The notes beneath the pieces were generated by a model. It was not told the DNA's origin. It ran no database searches and saw only the letters and a list, made by a program, of their open reading frames with translations. Positions 11,287 through 23,715 of a stretch of DNA of 37,155 bases are shown here, piece after piece. The DNA is from Octopus bimaculoides (Eukaryota), in the NCBI RefSeq assembly GCF_001194135.2, contig NC_068996.1, positions 46,810,269 to 46,847,423 on the forward strand, written 5' to 3'. Position 1 is the stretch's first letter. Each line of letters starts with the position of its first letter. Made by a program: the position numbers and the translations under genes.

Positions 11287-11502
11287 TATTCTTTTCAATC
11301 TTCTTTTGATGCCATTCCACATGCATTCAAATAAACTTGAAAATAGTTTGTTTTTTTTGTTTTTTTTTACTGAGAAATCTTATCTACAAAATTAGTTTAA
11401 TAAGTTAAAGTAAACAATGGTATTAAGAAATGAAAACTGAGATCTCTTCACACATCCTCCCCTTTACAGTCCTAAATTTAAATTGGTCTTTTAATAGTTC
11501 TG

Positions 11503-11537
<35 letters not shown>

Positions 11538-12219
11538 ATATGTATTTGACTTATTTTGTTGTTTGTCTCGAAGGAACTGTGGTTTTGTTAATTGGTTTTG
11601 TTTTAATTTGGGTAATTTCATTTTATTTCTTTACATTAAATGATATTTCAACCGAATACCTTAACACGACACTAATTAGTTTGATACCTTGGTGTTTCTC
11701 TGTGGTAGGACATAATTTTTTACATTTCCCAATTCCTTGATGTGTTTAACTTAGAAATCAATTGACAAAACTAAACATTTTAATTGAAATGAAAAAAGAA
11801 ATTCACCTTAATTTAAAAAACAAAAATTATGAAAGCCCCCAGCTCATGAATAACTAAAGAACAATTAAAAATGGGATCGTTTTGAAAGACTGATTTGAAT
11901 TTAGGACCATGAAAGGGAAAATATATTGTATATACATATTTTTAAATATATATTTATTAGTTTCAGTCCTTCAGAAGGAAAGCAAAGTTATTTTTGTACA
12001 TTTTCCTATTTATTGTCAATATTTGAAGTGAAAAAAATATATCTTTCTGATCTATTTCCAATCAAACTGATGACTCGACTGACAGGATGAGAAAACTTGG
12101 GTGCAAAAAAAAAAGAAAACCCATATTCGTAAAGAGAAAAGAAAAATAACCAAATGTTAGAAGATAACAATTAAAATGGAGAAAACTGAAATGTACATGA
12201 GATGTATAGAAAGAAAATA

Positions 12220-12436
12220 CTTTTCTACTCTAGGTACAAGGCCCAAAATTTTAGGGGAGTGGGGTCAGTCAATTAGATCAACCCCAGTATGTAACTGGTA
12301 CTTAATTTATTGATCCCAAAAGGATGAAAGGCAAACTCGACCTCAGCAGAATTTGAACTCAGAACGTAAAGACAGATGTAACACCGCTAAGCATTTCGCC
12401 CGGCATGCTAACGTTTCTGCCAACTTGCCACATTTA
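12220..12436 (-). mobile_element. tRNA-derived SINE with a 14-bp TSD
   Basis: B-box-like gagttcaaattc on the minus strand; same family as 31134-31342. TSD atagaaagaaaata at 12206-12219 and 12437-12450. Confidence 0.9.
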
Positions 12437-12496
12437 ATAGAAAGAAAATATTGACCTTTGGGTAATGTACTAAATGTGTGGTGTTGGGCATAACTA

Positions 12497-12969
12497 CAGT
12501 TTAATACCCCATAAAGTAGTTTCTCATTAACTTTCTGAAAAATAAAATTTTACAAAAATGTTTTCCTTGATTTAATTACAATTATGTTGATAAAAGGAAG
12601 AATAAAATTTTGAATGAGTTTGGATTAGGCCCCACATCCCGACTTTGTTTCTTCATAAATCTAAAGTACAAACACTTTTAATTATGACAAAGTGAACACT
12701 TTTTACTTTGATGAGACCCTAGAGATGAAGAAGTGCCCATATTTCATTTAAAAAAATATTTAAAGAGAAATAAGAAGAAACAGTCTTGAAATGGGGGAAT
12801 GATTTGAAACTCATCTTGTCATCTCTTTTAGTTATTTCTTTGTTAATTTTATCAACATAATTGTATTTAATCTATACTGTTGAAAACACATTTCTGCAAA
12901 ATTTCATTTGAAAATATGTATTTAAAAGTTACGAAGAAACATCATCAGAGGGAATGAGGCACCAAACTG
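12497..12969. mobile_element. Tc1/mariner-type MITE with long degenerate inverted arms
   Basis: TA|cagttt...aaactg|TA ends. Arms at about 12520-12620 and 12808-12940 are reverse complements (tacaattatgttgataaaa / ttttatcaacataattgta). Confidence 0.7.
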
Positions 12970-13129
12970 TAGAAATGAATAAAGAGGAATTAATTAGCTG
13001 ACTGATTATTATATAATTGTTTGAGAAATGTGATAAGAAATTTATTTGTGACTTGACATTATTGATATTCATGAGTACCCCCACCCATCACCAACAACTT
13101 AATTTCCCCATAACTTTCAGAAAAATAAA

Positions 13130-13450
13130 TGCTGAAGGACCGTGACAGTAAATGTGTGAATCTGAGAGATGTTGAATAAAATCATAATTAACTAATGCTC
13201 CTCTATTTTCTTTTACCAAAAGCAAGGAACTTTCCAGCACCCCCTCATATAACGCACACACACACACACACACACAGATGGGTTTGCTGAAAAGTTCCTG
13301 GCTTTGAGGTTTGGTTGGAAGCCCATCCTTCCAAATTCTTTTACAGGACTTAGAAAAACTGGACTGCTGCAATAGGTGTGTGAATTTGAGAGGGGAATAT
13401 GTTAAATATTTTCTTTTACCCAAAGCCATGATCTTTCCAGCACCCCCTCA
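13130..13450. mobile_element. Two adjacent mariner-type MITE copies (partial 13130-13247; 13277-13450)
   Basis: Same TIR (gctgaaaagttcctggcttt / ccagcaccccctcaTA) and body as 31540-31757. Confidence 0.8.
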
Positions 13451-13721
13451 TACGTGCCGAAACACAACACGATTTTTTCCAAAACTTTGTGTTTCATTTT
13501 GTAAGTGGTTATGTGTTTGTGAAAGCACGCCAACTTTCTTTGTGACTCTACTGGTGACTAATAAGCTCAGACCTTGATAATTGCACATGTCTGCCAATAT
13601 GGCACATTAAGCAGCCCCCATTCACTACAATCGTGCAGCATTTTTGCACTGCTTGTTTAAATTCTGCATGGAAAAAATGCAAGGGTTTTTTTTTTTTTTT
13701 TTTTTTTTTTTAAATACCCAC

Positions 13722-13890
13722 TTATGTGTGGTGTGAGGCTGTTTGATAAGAGGAAGATTGAGGACTTAATGGTGATGCTGGGGTTATAGGAATCAGTGGA
13801 ATGGCTGGCAAGTGTGAATGGAGTGCGGTGGTATAGGCATGTGTTGAGGAGAGATGAGGAGCATGTTCTGAAGAGGGTGCTATGGTCTTT
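13722..13890 (+). mobile_element. RTE LINE ORF2 C-terminal fragment
   Basis: MCGVRLFDKRKIEDLMVMLGL*ESVEWLASVNGVRWYRHVLRRDEEHVLKRVL matches the RTE RWYGHV.R motif. Confidence 0.75.
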
Positions 13891-14320
13891 ACCCTTTAAC
13901 ATTTTTTATGTTTCGGAATATTATGTGCCATATGGAATTTACTGAAATTAAGAAGAAAATAAATATAGACATGATAAATATGTTTAATTTTCCACATAAA
14001 TGTTGCAGGAGAGAATTGCAAGATAGATTTGTCAGGAGGGTTGTGCGTTGTTGACTCATCCGATTTTTGAAGGAGTTCAATTATAATGATATTGAAGAGA
14101 TATTTGTGGAACTAAGACACAAAGATATTCATTAGGAAAACTGAGCCAAAAGATGAGTCAACAAAAAAGCTTCCACTTGGGTGTTTGTTTTGTTGGAAAT
14201 AGCAACCAAATCAAGACTTACTTGCTTAAAAAGGATTAAATTACTTAGTCATACCTACCCTATGATGTCACTCCAAAAATAAACAATCACATCATCAAAA
14301 TCTCAAAGCTATTCTCTTTT

Positions 14321-14710
14321 TACTCTTTTACTTGTGTCAGTCATTTGACTGTGGCCATGCTGGAGCACCGCCTTTAGTAGAGCAAATCGACCCCAGGATT
14401 TATTCTTTGTAAGCCTAGTATTTATTCTATCGGTCTCTTTTGCCAAACCGCTAAGTTACAGGGACATAAGCACACCAGCATTGGTTGTCAAGCAATGCTA
14501 GGGGGACAAACACACATACACACACACACACACATATACATATATACGATGGGCTTCTTTCAGTTTCCGTCTACCAAATCCATTCACAAGGCTTTGGTCG
14601 GCCTGAGGCTATAGTAGAAGACACTTGCCCAAGATGCCACGCAGTGGGACTGAACCCGGAACCATGTGGTTGATAATCAAGCTACTTACCGCACAGCCAC
14701 TCCTGCGCCT
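14321..14710 (-). mobile_element. Full-length tRNA-derived SINE with a CORE-like segment
   Basis: The minus strand starts aggcgcaggagtggctgtgcggtaag, has B box ggttcagtcc, then catcttgggcaagtgtcttc and a central (CA)n. Confidence 0.85.
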
Positions 14711-14823
14711 ATGAGAATAATACATGATTAACTGAAAATAATGTGAATAAAATAAGAATTATATTTGATAGATTAATTAATTAATCTAAGATCTAAAGGA
14801 TTAATGCAAAAACAATAGCCTCC

Positions 14824-15580
14824 TGGTTTATTTCAAGACTGTACACACCTAATGTGCATTTTAACCTTTTAGTAGAAACCAGTAATATCTGGCTTAAATA
14901 TTCTACATGTTTTATGTTCAAACTGACCAGATCTGGCCTCTCGCACCTACCCTACAATGTCATTCTAAAGATAAACAAACCCATCATTGGAATCTCAAAG
15001 CTATGAGATAATGCAAGATTAATTTAAAAGAATGTCGATAAAGAAGCATTACATTTGACACAATAATCTGAATACTGAGGAGTTAAACTGGTCATATCCA
15101 GCCAAAATATTCTTCTTGTTTTATGTTAGAACTGGCCAAATGTGGCCTTTCACACCTACCCTACAACGTCATTCTAAAAGCTAACAGTATACATCTTTAG
15201 AATCTCAAAGCAATGAGACAAAGCATTATTAATTCCATAGTGATGTGAATAAAGAAGCATTACATTTAGCAGAGTAATCTGAATGCTAAACGGTTAATAC
15301 AGAAATAATAATCTCATGGTTTATTTCAAGACTGTACACATCTAATGTGCACTTTAACCTTTTAGTAGAAACCAGTAATATCTGGCCTAAATACTCTACC
15401 TGTGTTATGTTCAAACTGGCTAGATCTGGCCTCTCGCACCTACCTTACAATGTCATTCTAAAACTAAGCAAGCCCATCATTGCAATATCAAAGCACTGAG
15501 ATATTGCATGATTAATTAAAAACTGTGTGAATGAAGAAGCATTACATTTTGACAAAATGATCAGAATGCTAAGGAGTTGA
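14824..15580 (-). mobile_element. Three TTAA-MITE copies, two forming a local tandem duplication with flank
   Basis: tggtttatttcaagactgtacac recurs at 14824 and 15317 (offset 493), each followed by the same MITE. The middle copy ends cggTTAA at 15297. Confidence 0.75.
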
Positions 15581-15894
15581 ACAACCTCAAATGAGTCTGT
15601 ATCATCTATCTTTTTACTGGTTCCAGTCATTGTGCTGAAGACATGCTGTGACATCTCTTGAACGGTTCAGTCAAATACATCAACCATCATCATCATAGTA
15701 CTTATTGTATAAAAAGTCTGGTACTTATTCTATCACTCCCTTTTAACAAAGCACTGAGTTACAGGGATGTAAACAAGCCAGTGCCAGTTGTCAAGCAATA
15801 GTGGGAGACAAACACAGATACACACACATAGGCACATGTATACATGTGTGTGTGTGTGTGTGTAAATATATATATATATATATATATATTTTAT

Positions 15895-16229
15895 TTTTAC
15901 TTGTTTCAGTCATTTGACTGCAGCCATGCTGGAGCACTTGCTTTAGTCGAACGAATCAACCCCCAGGACTTATTCTTTGTAAGCCTAGTACTTTTTCTAT
16001 CGGTCCCTTTTGCCGAACCACTAAGTTACAGGACGTAAACACGCCAGCATCGGTTGTCAAGTGATGGGGGAGGGCAAACATAGACAAACCAACATATACA
16101 CGCACACACATATATATACACATATGATGGGCTTCTTTCAGTTTCCATCTACCAAATCCACTCAAGGTTTTGGTTGGCCTGAGGGTATGTCCAAGGTGCC
16201 ATGCAGTGGGACTGAACCCGGAACCATGT
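15895..16229 (-). mobile_element. tRNA-derived SINE, 5'-truncated (family of 14321-14710)
   Basis: Colinear similarity to 14321-14710 with an internal deletion. Confidence 0.85.
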
Positions 16230-16440
16230 TCTTGTACACACCCACATTTGCACCTACACTTGTGACTGGAATGAGAACTAATTAAAATTAGTGTTCAGTA
16301 ATCAAAGAAGTAGCCTTAATTAGAACAGATAAATGGAGTTATCAAGAATTCGGTATTATACTAATAATTCTTTCTGCTATTGGTCCTAGGCCAGTGCATA
16401 CCATAAAGTGGTTGGAATTAGGATGGGCATCTTGTCATAG

Positions 16441-16650
16441 TGGAGGTGCATGACTTCATGGTTAGGGTGTTGGATTCATGACTGTAAGGTTGTGGTTTCA
16501 ATTCCTGAACCGGGTGATGCATTGTACTCTCGAGCATGAAGTGTTCCAGTCCCACTTGGCTGGCGAATTTGAATAATCCTGTGACAAACTGGCATCCCAT
16601 CTATGCACCACAAAAACTAAGAAACTGACCCCCATATGGCTCGGGGAAGG
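16441..16650 (+). mobile_element. Degenerate tRNA-derived SINE, possibly with a Meta-type domain
   Basis: tRNA-like head (ggttagggtgttgga, ggtttcaattcc). cctgtgacaaactggcatcccatc-gaaact resembles the Meta-domain consensus as recalled. Confidence 0.5.
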
Positions 16651-18024
16651 ATTTTTCTCCATCTTCCTCTCTTCATCCAGTCATGGAAACCATGTCAGAG
16701 CTGACATTGGAACTTCATGCAACTGCTAAATCTTGTCAAGTTGTTCCACCCATGCCAGCATGGAAAACAGACATTAAATGATAATGACGATGATGATGAT
16801 GTTTCATTATACAAAAAATTCTAAGTTTTCAAATTTAAAATTCAAAGCATTTCAATACTATTTTATGTAAGAATTTTTTTCTTTTTAAGTAACATTATAA
16901 ACATTAGCTTAATGGAAAAGCTAGTTGCTTTGACTGAATCTCTCAAATTATTGATTATTTTCAAAATTAACTAAGAAAAAAAAATAAAAGACAACATAGA
17001 CAGTTTATAATGCTATCACAAAACAGTTAATGTATTGAAATTTAATCACAATAGAGATAATGTATTGAAAATGAAATTAAAAAAAAAAAACTGATTCAGT
17101 ATCAACAAGCTAGACTCATTTGGTGGGGCGGAACTTTCTCATTGTGATTTTCTCTTGCATTTTATGAATGCTGGATTAAAAGATAAATGGCTCATACTGC
17201 ACCGAATTTACAATCTATGCTTTCACATTACTAAACATCATCACTTGAATAGAGATTTAAAAGCATCCGTTTTTATTGTCACTTCACATCACTGCAATTT
17301 CTAGAAAATATATGAGATCACCACAAATGTCTTTATCCATTGGAATACATGAAAACCATATGGCTTTGTCTTTTAAAACCTGGATTTTATTAACAAAGCA
17401 TTGATTATCTTATTGAGTTTGGCATGCAATTGGAAAATCTCAGTCTTTGAATTATATTTAATATGGAGAATGCTTTTCCTAGAGGTATTTCACCCTCAGC
17501 CATATTGTTGATATTTATAGTTAGTTTTACTCTTTCCCTTCTTTCTGTCTCTTTCTCTCCTCATGAACTTACCTGGCCATGCCTTTTTTATTTACCTTCC
17601 TGTAAATGAGAGTTTACCCTCACACATCTTTACCACCATCCTCTTTTCCTACAGGGGCAACCTCGTATCTCTCCTACAGTAAGACCCCTGTTCCTGTCTC
17701 CCATCATACTTTGACCTCTCATTATTTGGCATAAGACCACAGTACTACAGCCTTTTTAAGTTTAGGGGTTTGATCTTAAGAGTTACTTGGTGGTATCACT
17801 AATGTCAGTGCCATATAAAATCCACTCTGTGAAATGGTTGGTGTCAGGAAGAGCATCCAGCTGTAGAAACCTTGCTAAGGCAAAACATTGGAACTTGGTG
17901 TAGTCCTCTGTTTCATGAGTTCTCATCACACTGTTCAACCCATACCAGCATGGAAAACAGATGTTGATAATGGTGATGATGATGATGATATTATATATAT
18001 ATATCATCATCACCATTATCATCA

Positions 18025-18780
18025 TCATCATTTAACTTATATTCTTCATGCTGCCATCTGTTGGACAGTTTGACCAGAGATGGAGAGCTGCACCAGGTTC
18101 CAGTTGTCTGATTTGGCATGGTCTCTACGGCTGGATGCCCTTCTTACTGCCAACCACTTTACAGAATGTGCTGGGTGCTTTTACGCTGTCCTGGTATTTA
18201 CCTATTACCTGGCACTGGCACGAGTACTTTTTGCATGGCACCAGCACAGGACTCTTTCAAGTCAATCATCTTTGCCAGGGGAGACTGGCCTTAGAACATC
18301 TACTGTGGAGTATGGGTCTTCTTGAGTAACAGCAAGGTACCAAGCATTTCGGGCTTTTGTCATCTCACCTGAAAGGTTCAGTGTCCTGAAGTCATTCTTC
18401 AGTACTTCATCCCATGTCTTCCTGGGACATCTTATGTCTCCTACTTCTACATGTTCCATCTACTTTGACTGATTGACTCTTCTTTATGGAGCTGTCAGCA
18501 TTCATCCACATTGCATGACAAAACCAACACAGTCTTTTCTTTTGCATACTGCATCTAATTCCTATTATGCCTGACTTCTCTCTCTCTCTCTCTCTCTCAA
18601 AACACTAGCACTGAGATGAACATGTACACTAACATTACACATCTAGCAGAACATATTAGTCTCATTCCTCTCTAAACTTCACATGTCCTCAGCATTCAGG
18701 GCCCATATCTTACTACCAAGTAAAATTACTGTCCCTATGCAAGCTTCATATAATCTTCCTTTCACTAGGAGAGAGAAACC
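18025..18780 (-). mobile_element. RTE LINE 3' fragment
   Basis: ORF 18262..18459 reads PRKTWDEVLKNDFRTLNLSGEM. Upstream is decayed VKGRLYEAC...ERNETNMFC*MCNVSVH. (GAT)n tail at about 18008-18030. Confidence 0.85.
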
Positions 18781-19176
18781 TCACACACACACACACACAT
18801 ATATATTTGAGAAGATTCATTATAGGTATATGAATATACCATAAACAAGTATTAAAGAATGGAGAAAAGAAGTTGAAACAGAAATAGATTTCTTATAAAA
18901 CTGGATATCATAGTGATTATAATTATAATTGAAAATAAAAAAATAAAATTAAGAATATTCTTATTACCTGTTTTGGCTGATTTTCATAAATATGATGAAT
19001 CCTTATTAGAAATCACCTTTTCTCTCTTTTTGGATCCCCCAAAAAGTTTGAATTGTTCTTTTCGAACTTACCTTTTCTTATATATATTGATCACTGAGTC
19101 TAGTCAGTTAAAGTAGTAGAACCATAAAATTTCTTATATAAGAATATCCATCCTCTCTCTCATCTCAATGTAATCA

Positions 19177-19219
<43 letters not shown>

Positions 19220-19859
19220 TCTCTCTCTCTCTCTCCTTAAACAATTATAAGCAGCAGCAGTTTCCAGTCAAATAACCACGTTTTATGTTTGCTAAAATTT
19301 TGATTATTGGGTATTACTGGAATTATCTCCCTTGCTTGTTGCTTTGTGACCTTAAGCCCCCATCCTAGGAAATTTTGTCTATTAATTGCATAATCTCAGT
19401 TAATTGCAGTATATTGGCTCACTGTATTACATGTGATAACTTGCTGAATTAAAAAACAGATTGATTACTCTAATGACAACCTATTTTATGTAATTTAGAT
19501 GAAATCCTTATTTATCAAAAAAAAAAAAAAAGGAAGGAAACAAAACAATGTTGCAACAATGTATAAAGATAGAAATATAAACTATTTTAGTCGTCAAGGA
19601 AGCCAGCCTCTACATGGTCATTGAAACTGTTAGAAGGAGCAGTTAAATCTCCCTCAAGTCATGGTCTACAACTTTTAAAGAAAAAAAGTGGATACATTTG
19701 ATAAACATGGTGTTAGTTTCCCATTAACTCTTTAGTTTATAAACTGACTATAAAAGGCCCAAATATTTTACGAGTTTTATGTTCAAACCAGCTAGATTTG
19801 ATCTCTCACACCTACCCTTCAATATTATTCCAAAAATGCTACAATCACATTATTGTGGG

Positions 19860-20030
19860 GGAGTGGACAACACAGTTATATCGACCCCCAATATTCTGGT
19901 ACTTATTTTATAGATCCCTAAAAGATGAAAGGCAAAGTCGACTTCAGCAGAATTTGAACTCGGAACATAAAGACAGATGAAATGCCTCTAAGCACTTTGC
20001 CCAGCATAATAAGAATTTTGCCAGCTTGCT
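19860..20030 (-). mobile_element. Partial tRNA-derived SINE (family of 12220-12436)
   Basis: ggtacttattt-aaagatgaaaggcaaagtcgac-gaatttgaactc-taagcactttgccc. Confidence 0.8.
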
Positions 20031-20171
20031 GCCTCATCACATTGAATTCTTAAAGCTATGAGATAATGCCTAATTAATTTGAAACAATGCCTAATTAATT
20101 TGAAACAATGCGAATAAGTGAGCTTTACATATAACGGAAAAATTCTGAATAATAAAGGGTAAAGGGTGGGA

Positions 20172-21716
20172 TGGGGACATCCAGACTGAGTATGATCGAG
20201 GTATCCCAGAACTGTGACTGAAGTGTTCCCATCCCATCCCTTAAAACGAAGGCAAGGGGACTCTTGAGTATGATTGAGGAGTCCCAGAACTGTGACTGAA
20301 GTGTTCCCATCCCATCCCTTAAAAGGGTACACTTTGACTGAGTATGATTGAGGTGTCCCAGAACTGTGACTGAAGTGTTCCCATCCCATCCCTTAAAAGT
20401 GTAGCAAGGGGACACTTTGACTGAATATGATTGAGGTGTCCCAGAACTGTTATTGAAGTGTTCCCATCCCATCCCTTAAAAGGGTAGCAAGGGGACACTT
20501 TGACTGAGTATGATTGAGGTGTCCCAGAACTGTGACTGAAGTGTTCCCATCCCATCCCTTAAAAGGNNNNNNNNNNNNNNNNNNNNNNNNNNNNNNNNNN
20601 NNNNNNNNNNNNNNNNNNNNNNNNNNNNNNNNNATATGATTGAGGTGTCCCAGAACTGTTATTGAAGTGTTCCCATCCCATCCCTTAAAAGGGTAGCAAG
20701 GGGACACTTTGACTGAGTATGATTGAGGTGTCCCAGAACTGTGACTGAAGTGTTCCCATCCCATCCCTTAAAAGGGTAGCAAGGAGACACTTTGACTGAG
20801 TATGATTGAAGTATCCCAGAACTGTTATTGAAGTGTTCCCATCCCATCCCTTAAAAGGGTAGCAAGGGGACACTTTGACTGAGTATGATTGAAGTGTCCC
20901 AGAACTGTTATTGAAGTGTTCCCATCCCATCCCTTAAANNNNNNNNNNNNNNNNNNNNNNNNNNNNNNNNNNNNNNNNNNNNNNNNNNNNNNNNNNNNNN
21001 NNNNNNNNNNNNNNNNNNNNNNNNNNNNNNNNNNNNNNNNNNNNNNNNNNNNNNNNNNNNNNNNNNNNNNNNNNNNNNNNNNNNNNNNNNNNNNNNNNNN
21101 NNNNNNNNNNNNNNNNNNNNNNNNNNNNNNNNNNNNNNNNNNNNNNNNNNNNNNNNNNNNNNNNNNNNNNNNNNNNNNNNNNNNNNNNNNNNNNNNNNNN
21201 NNNNNNNNNNNNNNNNNNNNNNNNNNNNNNNNNNNNNNNNNNNNNNNNNNNNNNNNNNNNNNNNNNNNNNNNNNNNNNNNNNNNNNNNNNNNNNNNNNNN
21301 NNNNNNNNNNNNNNNNNNNNNNNNNNNNNNNNNNNNNNNNNNNNNNNNNNNNNNNNNNNNNNNNNNNNNNNNNNNNNNNNNNNNNNNNNNNNNNNNNNNN
21401 NNNNNNNNNNNNNNNNNNNNNNNNNNNNNNNNNNNNNNNNNNNNNNNNNNNNNNNNNNNNNNNNNNNNATCCCAGAACTGTTATTGAAGTGTTCCCATCC
21501 CATCCCTTAAAAGGGTAGCAAGGGGACACTTTGACTGAGTATGATTGAAGTGTCCCAGAGCTGTTATTGAAGTGTTCCCATCCCATCCCTTAAAAGGGTA
21601 GCAAGGGGACACGTTGACTGAGTATGATTGAGGTGTCCCAGAACTGTTATTGAAGTGTTCCCATCTCATCCCTTAAAAGGGTAGCAAGGGGACACTTTGA
21701 CTGAGTATGATTGAGG
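20172..21716. repeat. 83-bp minisatellite, 12 visible units plus two gaps
   Basis: Unit starts (cccagaac) at 20205, 20283, 20357, 20440, 20523, 20649, 20732, 20815, 20898, 21471, 21554, 21637. Period is 83 except the first two (78 and 74). Confidence 0.95.
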
Positions 21717-21949
21717 GTTAAATGTTGGTCAAAACTATTTTTAATTGAGCAAGGATGTAAAATAAATGATGAACAAGGAAATTATAAAAAAGATGTATGT
21801 GTATATAATATGCACACACATACATACACTTGTTTTTACAGTTGTTTTCGCTGTAGGTAGTAAGAGGCATTGAAAATTAAACAAGAAACCAGTCAAACTT
21901 TGTTCAAAGCTTCATTGTAAACTATGCAAGTGTCCCCTTCCACACCCAT

Positions 21950-22290
21950 TTACAGACATATACATATATACACATACAAACATATACTTATATATATACA
22001 CACACATACAAACATTAAATATATATACATGTACGCATGCAAATATATACATATCTACATATACACATGTAAGCATATATATATATACAAACATATATAC
22101 ACATACACATGAAAACATATACATATATACACATACAAACATATACATATATACACATGCAAACATATACATATGTACACATACAAACATACACATATAT
22201 ACACATGCAAGTGTATACTTATATACACATTCACAAGCATATGTACAAAAAGACACACATACATTTGAACACTCATGCATACACTTTATA
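21950..22290. repeat. Long degenerate (TA/CA)n microsatellite
   Basis: Directly visible; generates several spurious ORFs. Many shorter (TA)n, (CA)n, (CT)n (19178-19236), (GAT)n and (AAT)n (25032-25122) tracts also occur. Confidence 0.9.
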
Positions 22291-23463
22291 CCAGTAATAA
22301 CTGGTGCACTTAGTTTTGTGAGTAGGTACTTAATCCTTTAGCATTCAGATTATCATGTTAACGGTAATTAATGCTCATTTATTCACATTGGTTTTAAGTA
22401 ATCATATATTGTCTTATAGCTTTGAGATTTCAATGATGTGATCGTTGATGTTTTAGAAGGTTATGCCCTGGCACTTGCCACCATCTATATCTCTTTTTTT
22501 CTTTACTCAACCATCCCATTTATATATTTCCTTTACTCAACCATCCATTTATACTCCCTTGTGAGTATACCCAGCATTTTGCCACCATCTCTATCCTGCT
22601 GTCTCTTTCTCCTGCACTTCCCTCAGGTTGGGTAACCATGTATTTCCTTTGCGGTATTTTCTTTGTCTTCATTCCTGCTCTCTCTCTCTCTCTCTCTTTC
22701 TCCGGCCAAGTAACCTTATACCTCCTCTACAGTATGACGCCTGTTTCTGTCTCATCTTTCATCATCCGACACATGATCACCTCCTCCAATGCCCCCTCCC
22801 GTCTCAAAAGGGGTATTTTTTCTGTCTTGCAAGGTACTTGGTGACCCTGTCAGTACAGGTGCCACTTGAAGAGCACCCAGTCCACAATGTAAAGTGGTTG
22901 GTGTTCGGAAGGCATGCATGTAGCTGTAAAAACCTTGCCAAAACCGAAGGCTTTCAGAAAAAGGAACCAACCAGTTAACACAGGGTTTACAAAAACAAAT
23001 TATAAGTAGAACAGTAAATATATGCAAGACTTTTAAAATTTAAAATGTAACATTATTTTTGTTTATCTATATCACAATCATAGAGATTTGTATCATTGTT
23101 AGAAAATATCTGATTCCTTCAAAGAAGACTTCATCATCATCATCATCATTGTTTAACGTCCATTTTCCATGCTGGCATGGGTCAGACACATATATTTAAT
23201 AATTTAAGAAAATATTATTCCCTGAATTCGGCATCTGGTGCTTGGCACATCTCTCTTAGACAGAAAAATGGCTATGTGCTAATAAGTTTGCGTCCCAATG
23301 ATATAGTACCACTGTGTGGTATCTCGGGCAAGAGTGCATATTTGTCACCTCACACCACATGACAATCAATAAGAAATAATTCTGATATTCTATTGTTCTA
23401 TCATTCTATTACTCTGTTATTCTATTATTAACCTATTATTCTTTTTATTCTTTCATTATTCAG

Positions 23464-23715
23464 AGTGCAAAAGAGAAAATCAAACAAGTTGAAACTGAAA
23501 GAAGCAAAATGGAACAAAAACTAAAATTCACCGTCAAACCGATTGGCTTAGCTCGCTTGGTCCAGCCGAAATGTCCAACATTCATCACTCACCGAGGTTA
23601 TGGGGCATTCCCACATTATGATTTACAGAAAAACCATAAAAATAAGTGCCTTAATAACAGTACCGAAAATCAGGAAGACTTGACTGATGACGATGGTGGC
23701 CGCAGCAGTAACTAG
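23464..23715 (+). CDS. Probable terminal coding exon of an unidentified host gene (83 aa visible)
   Basis: Branch-like TTAAC at 23428-23432, a pyrimidine tract and CAG at 23461-23463. Phase-0 frame SAKEKIKQVETERSKMEQKLKFTVKPIGLARLVQPKCPTFITHRGYGAFPHYDLQKNHKNKCLNNSTENQEDLTDDDGGRSSN then TAG. Non-repetitive and CpG-retaining. Upstream exons not located. Confidence 0.65.
   Translation, partial: SAKEKIKQVETERSKMEQKLKFTVKPIGLARLVQPKCPTFITHRGYGAFPHYDLQKNHKNKCLNNSTENQEDLTDDDGGRSSN

Noticed and set aside
12067-12096. CUGAUGA...GAAA possible hammerhead
   Set aside because: Stem II cannot close next to GAAA (C-A opposition), and there is no matching stem I or III.
18850-19100. Cluster of minus-strand donor-like sites suggesting small exons
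   Set aside because: The implied introns are about 70 nt, one lacks a pyrimidine tract, and the peptides are short and uninformative.
20172-21716. CRISPR-like array, or coding repeat (MGWEHF... ORFs)
   Set aside because: Units are contiguous near-identical 83-mers with no unique spacers, there are no cas genes, and the context is eukaryotic. The 83-bp period is not a multiple of 3 and stops recur.
21912-22297. Several overlapping C/V/Y/M- or H/I/Y/T-rich ORFs
   Set aside because: Artefacts of a degenerate (TA/CA)n tract.
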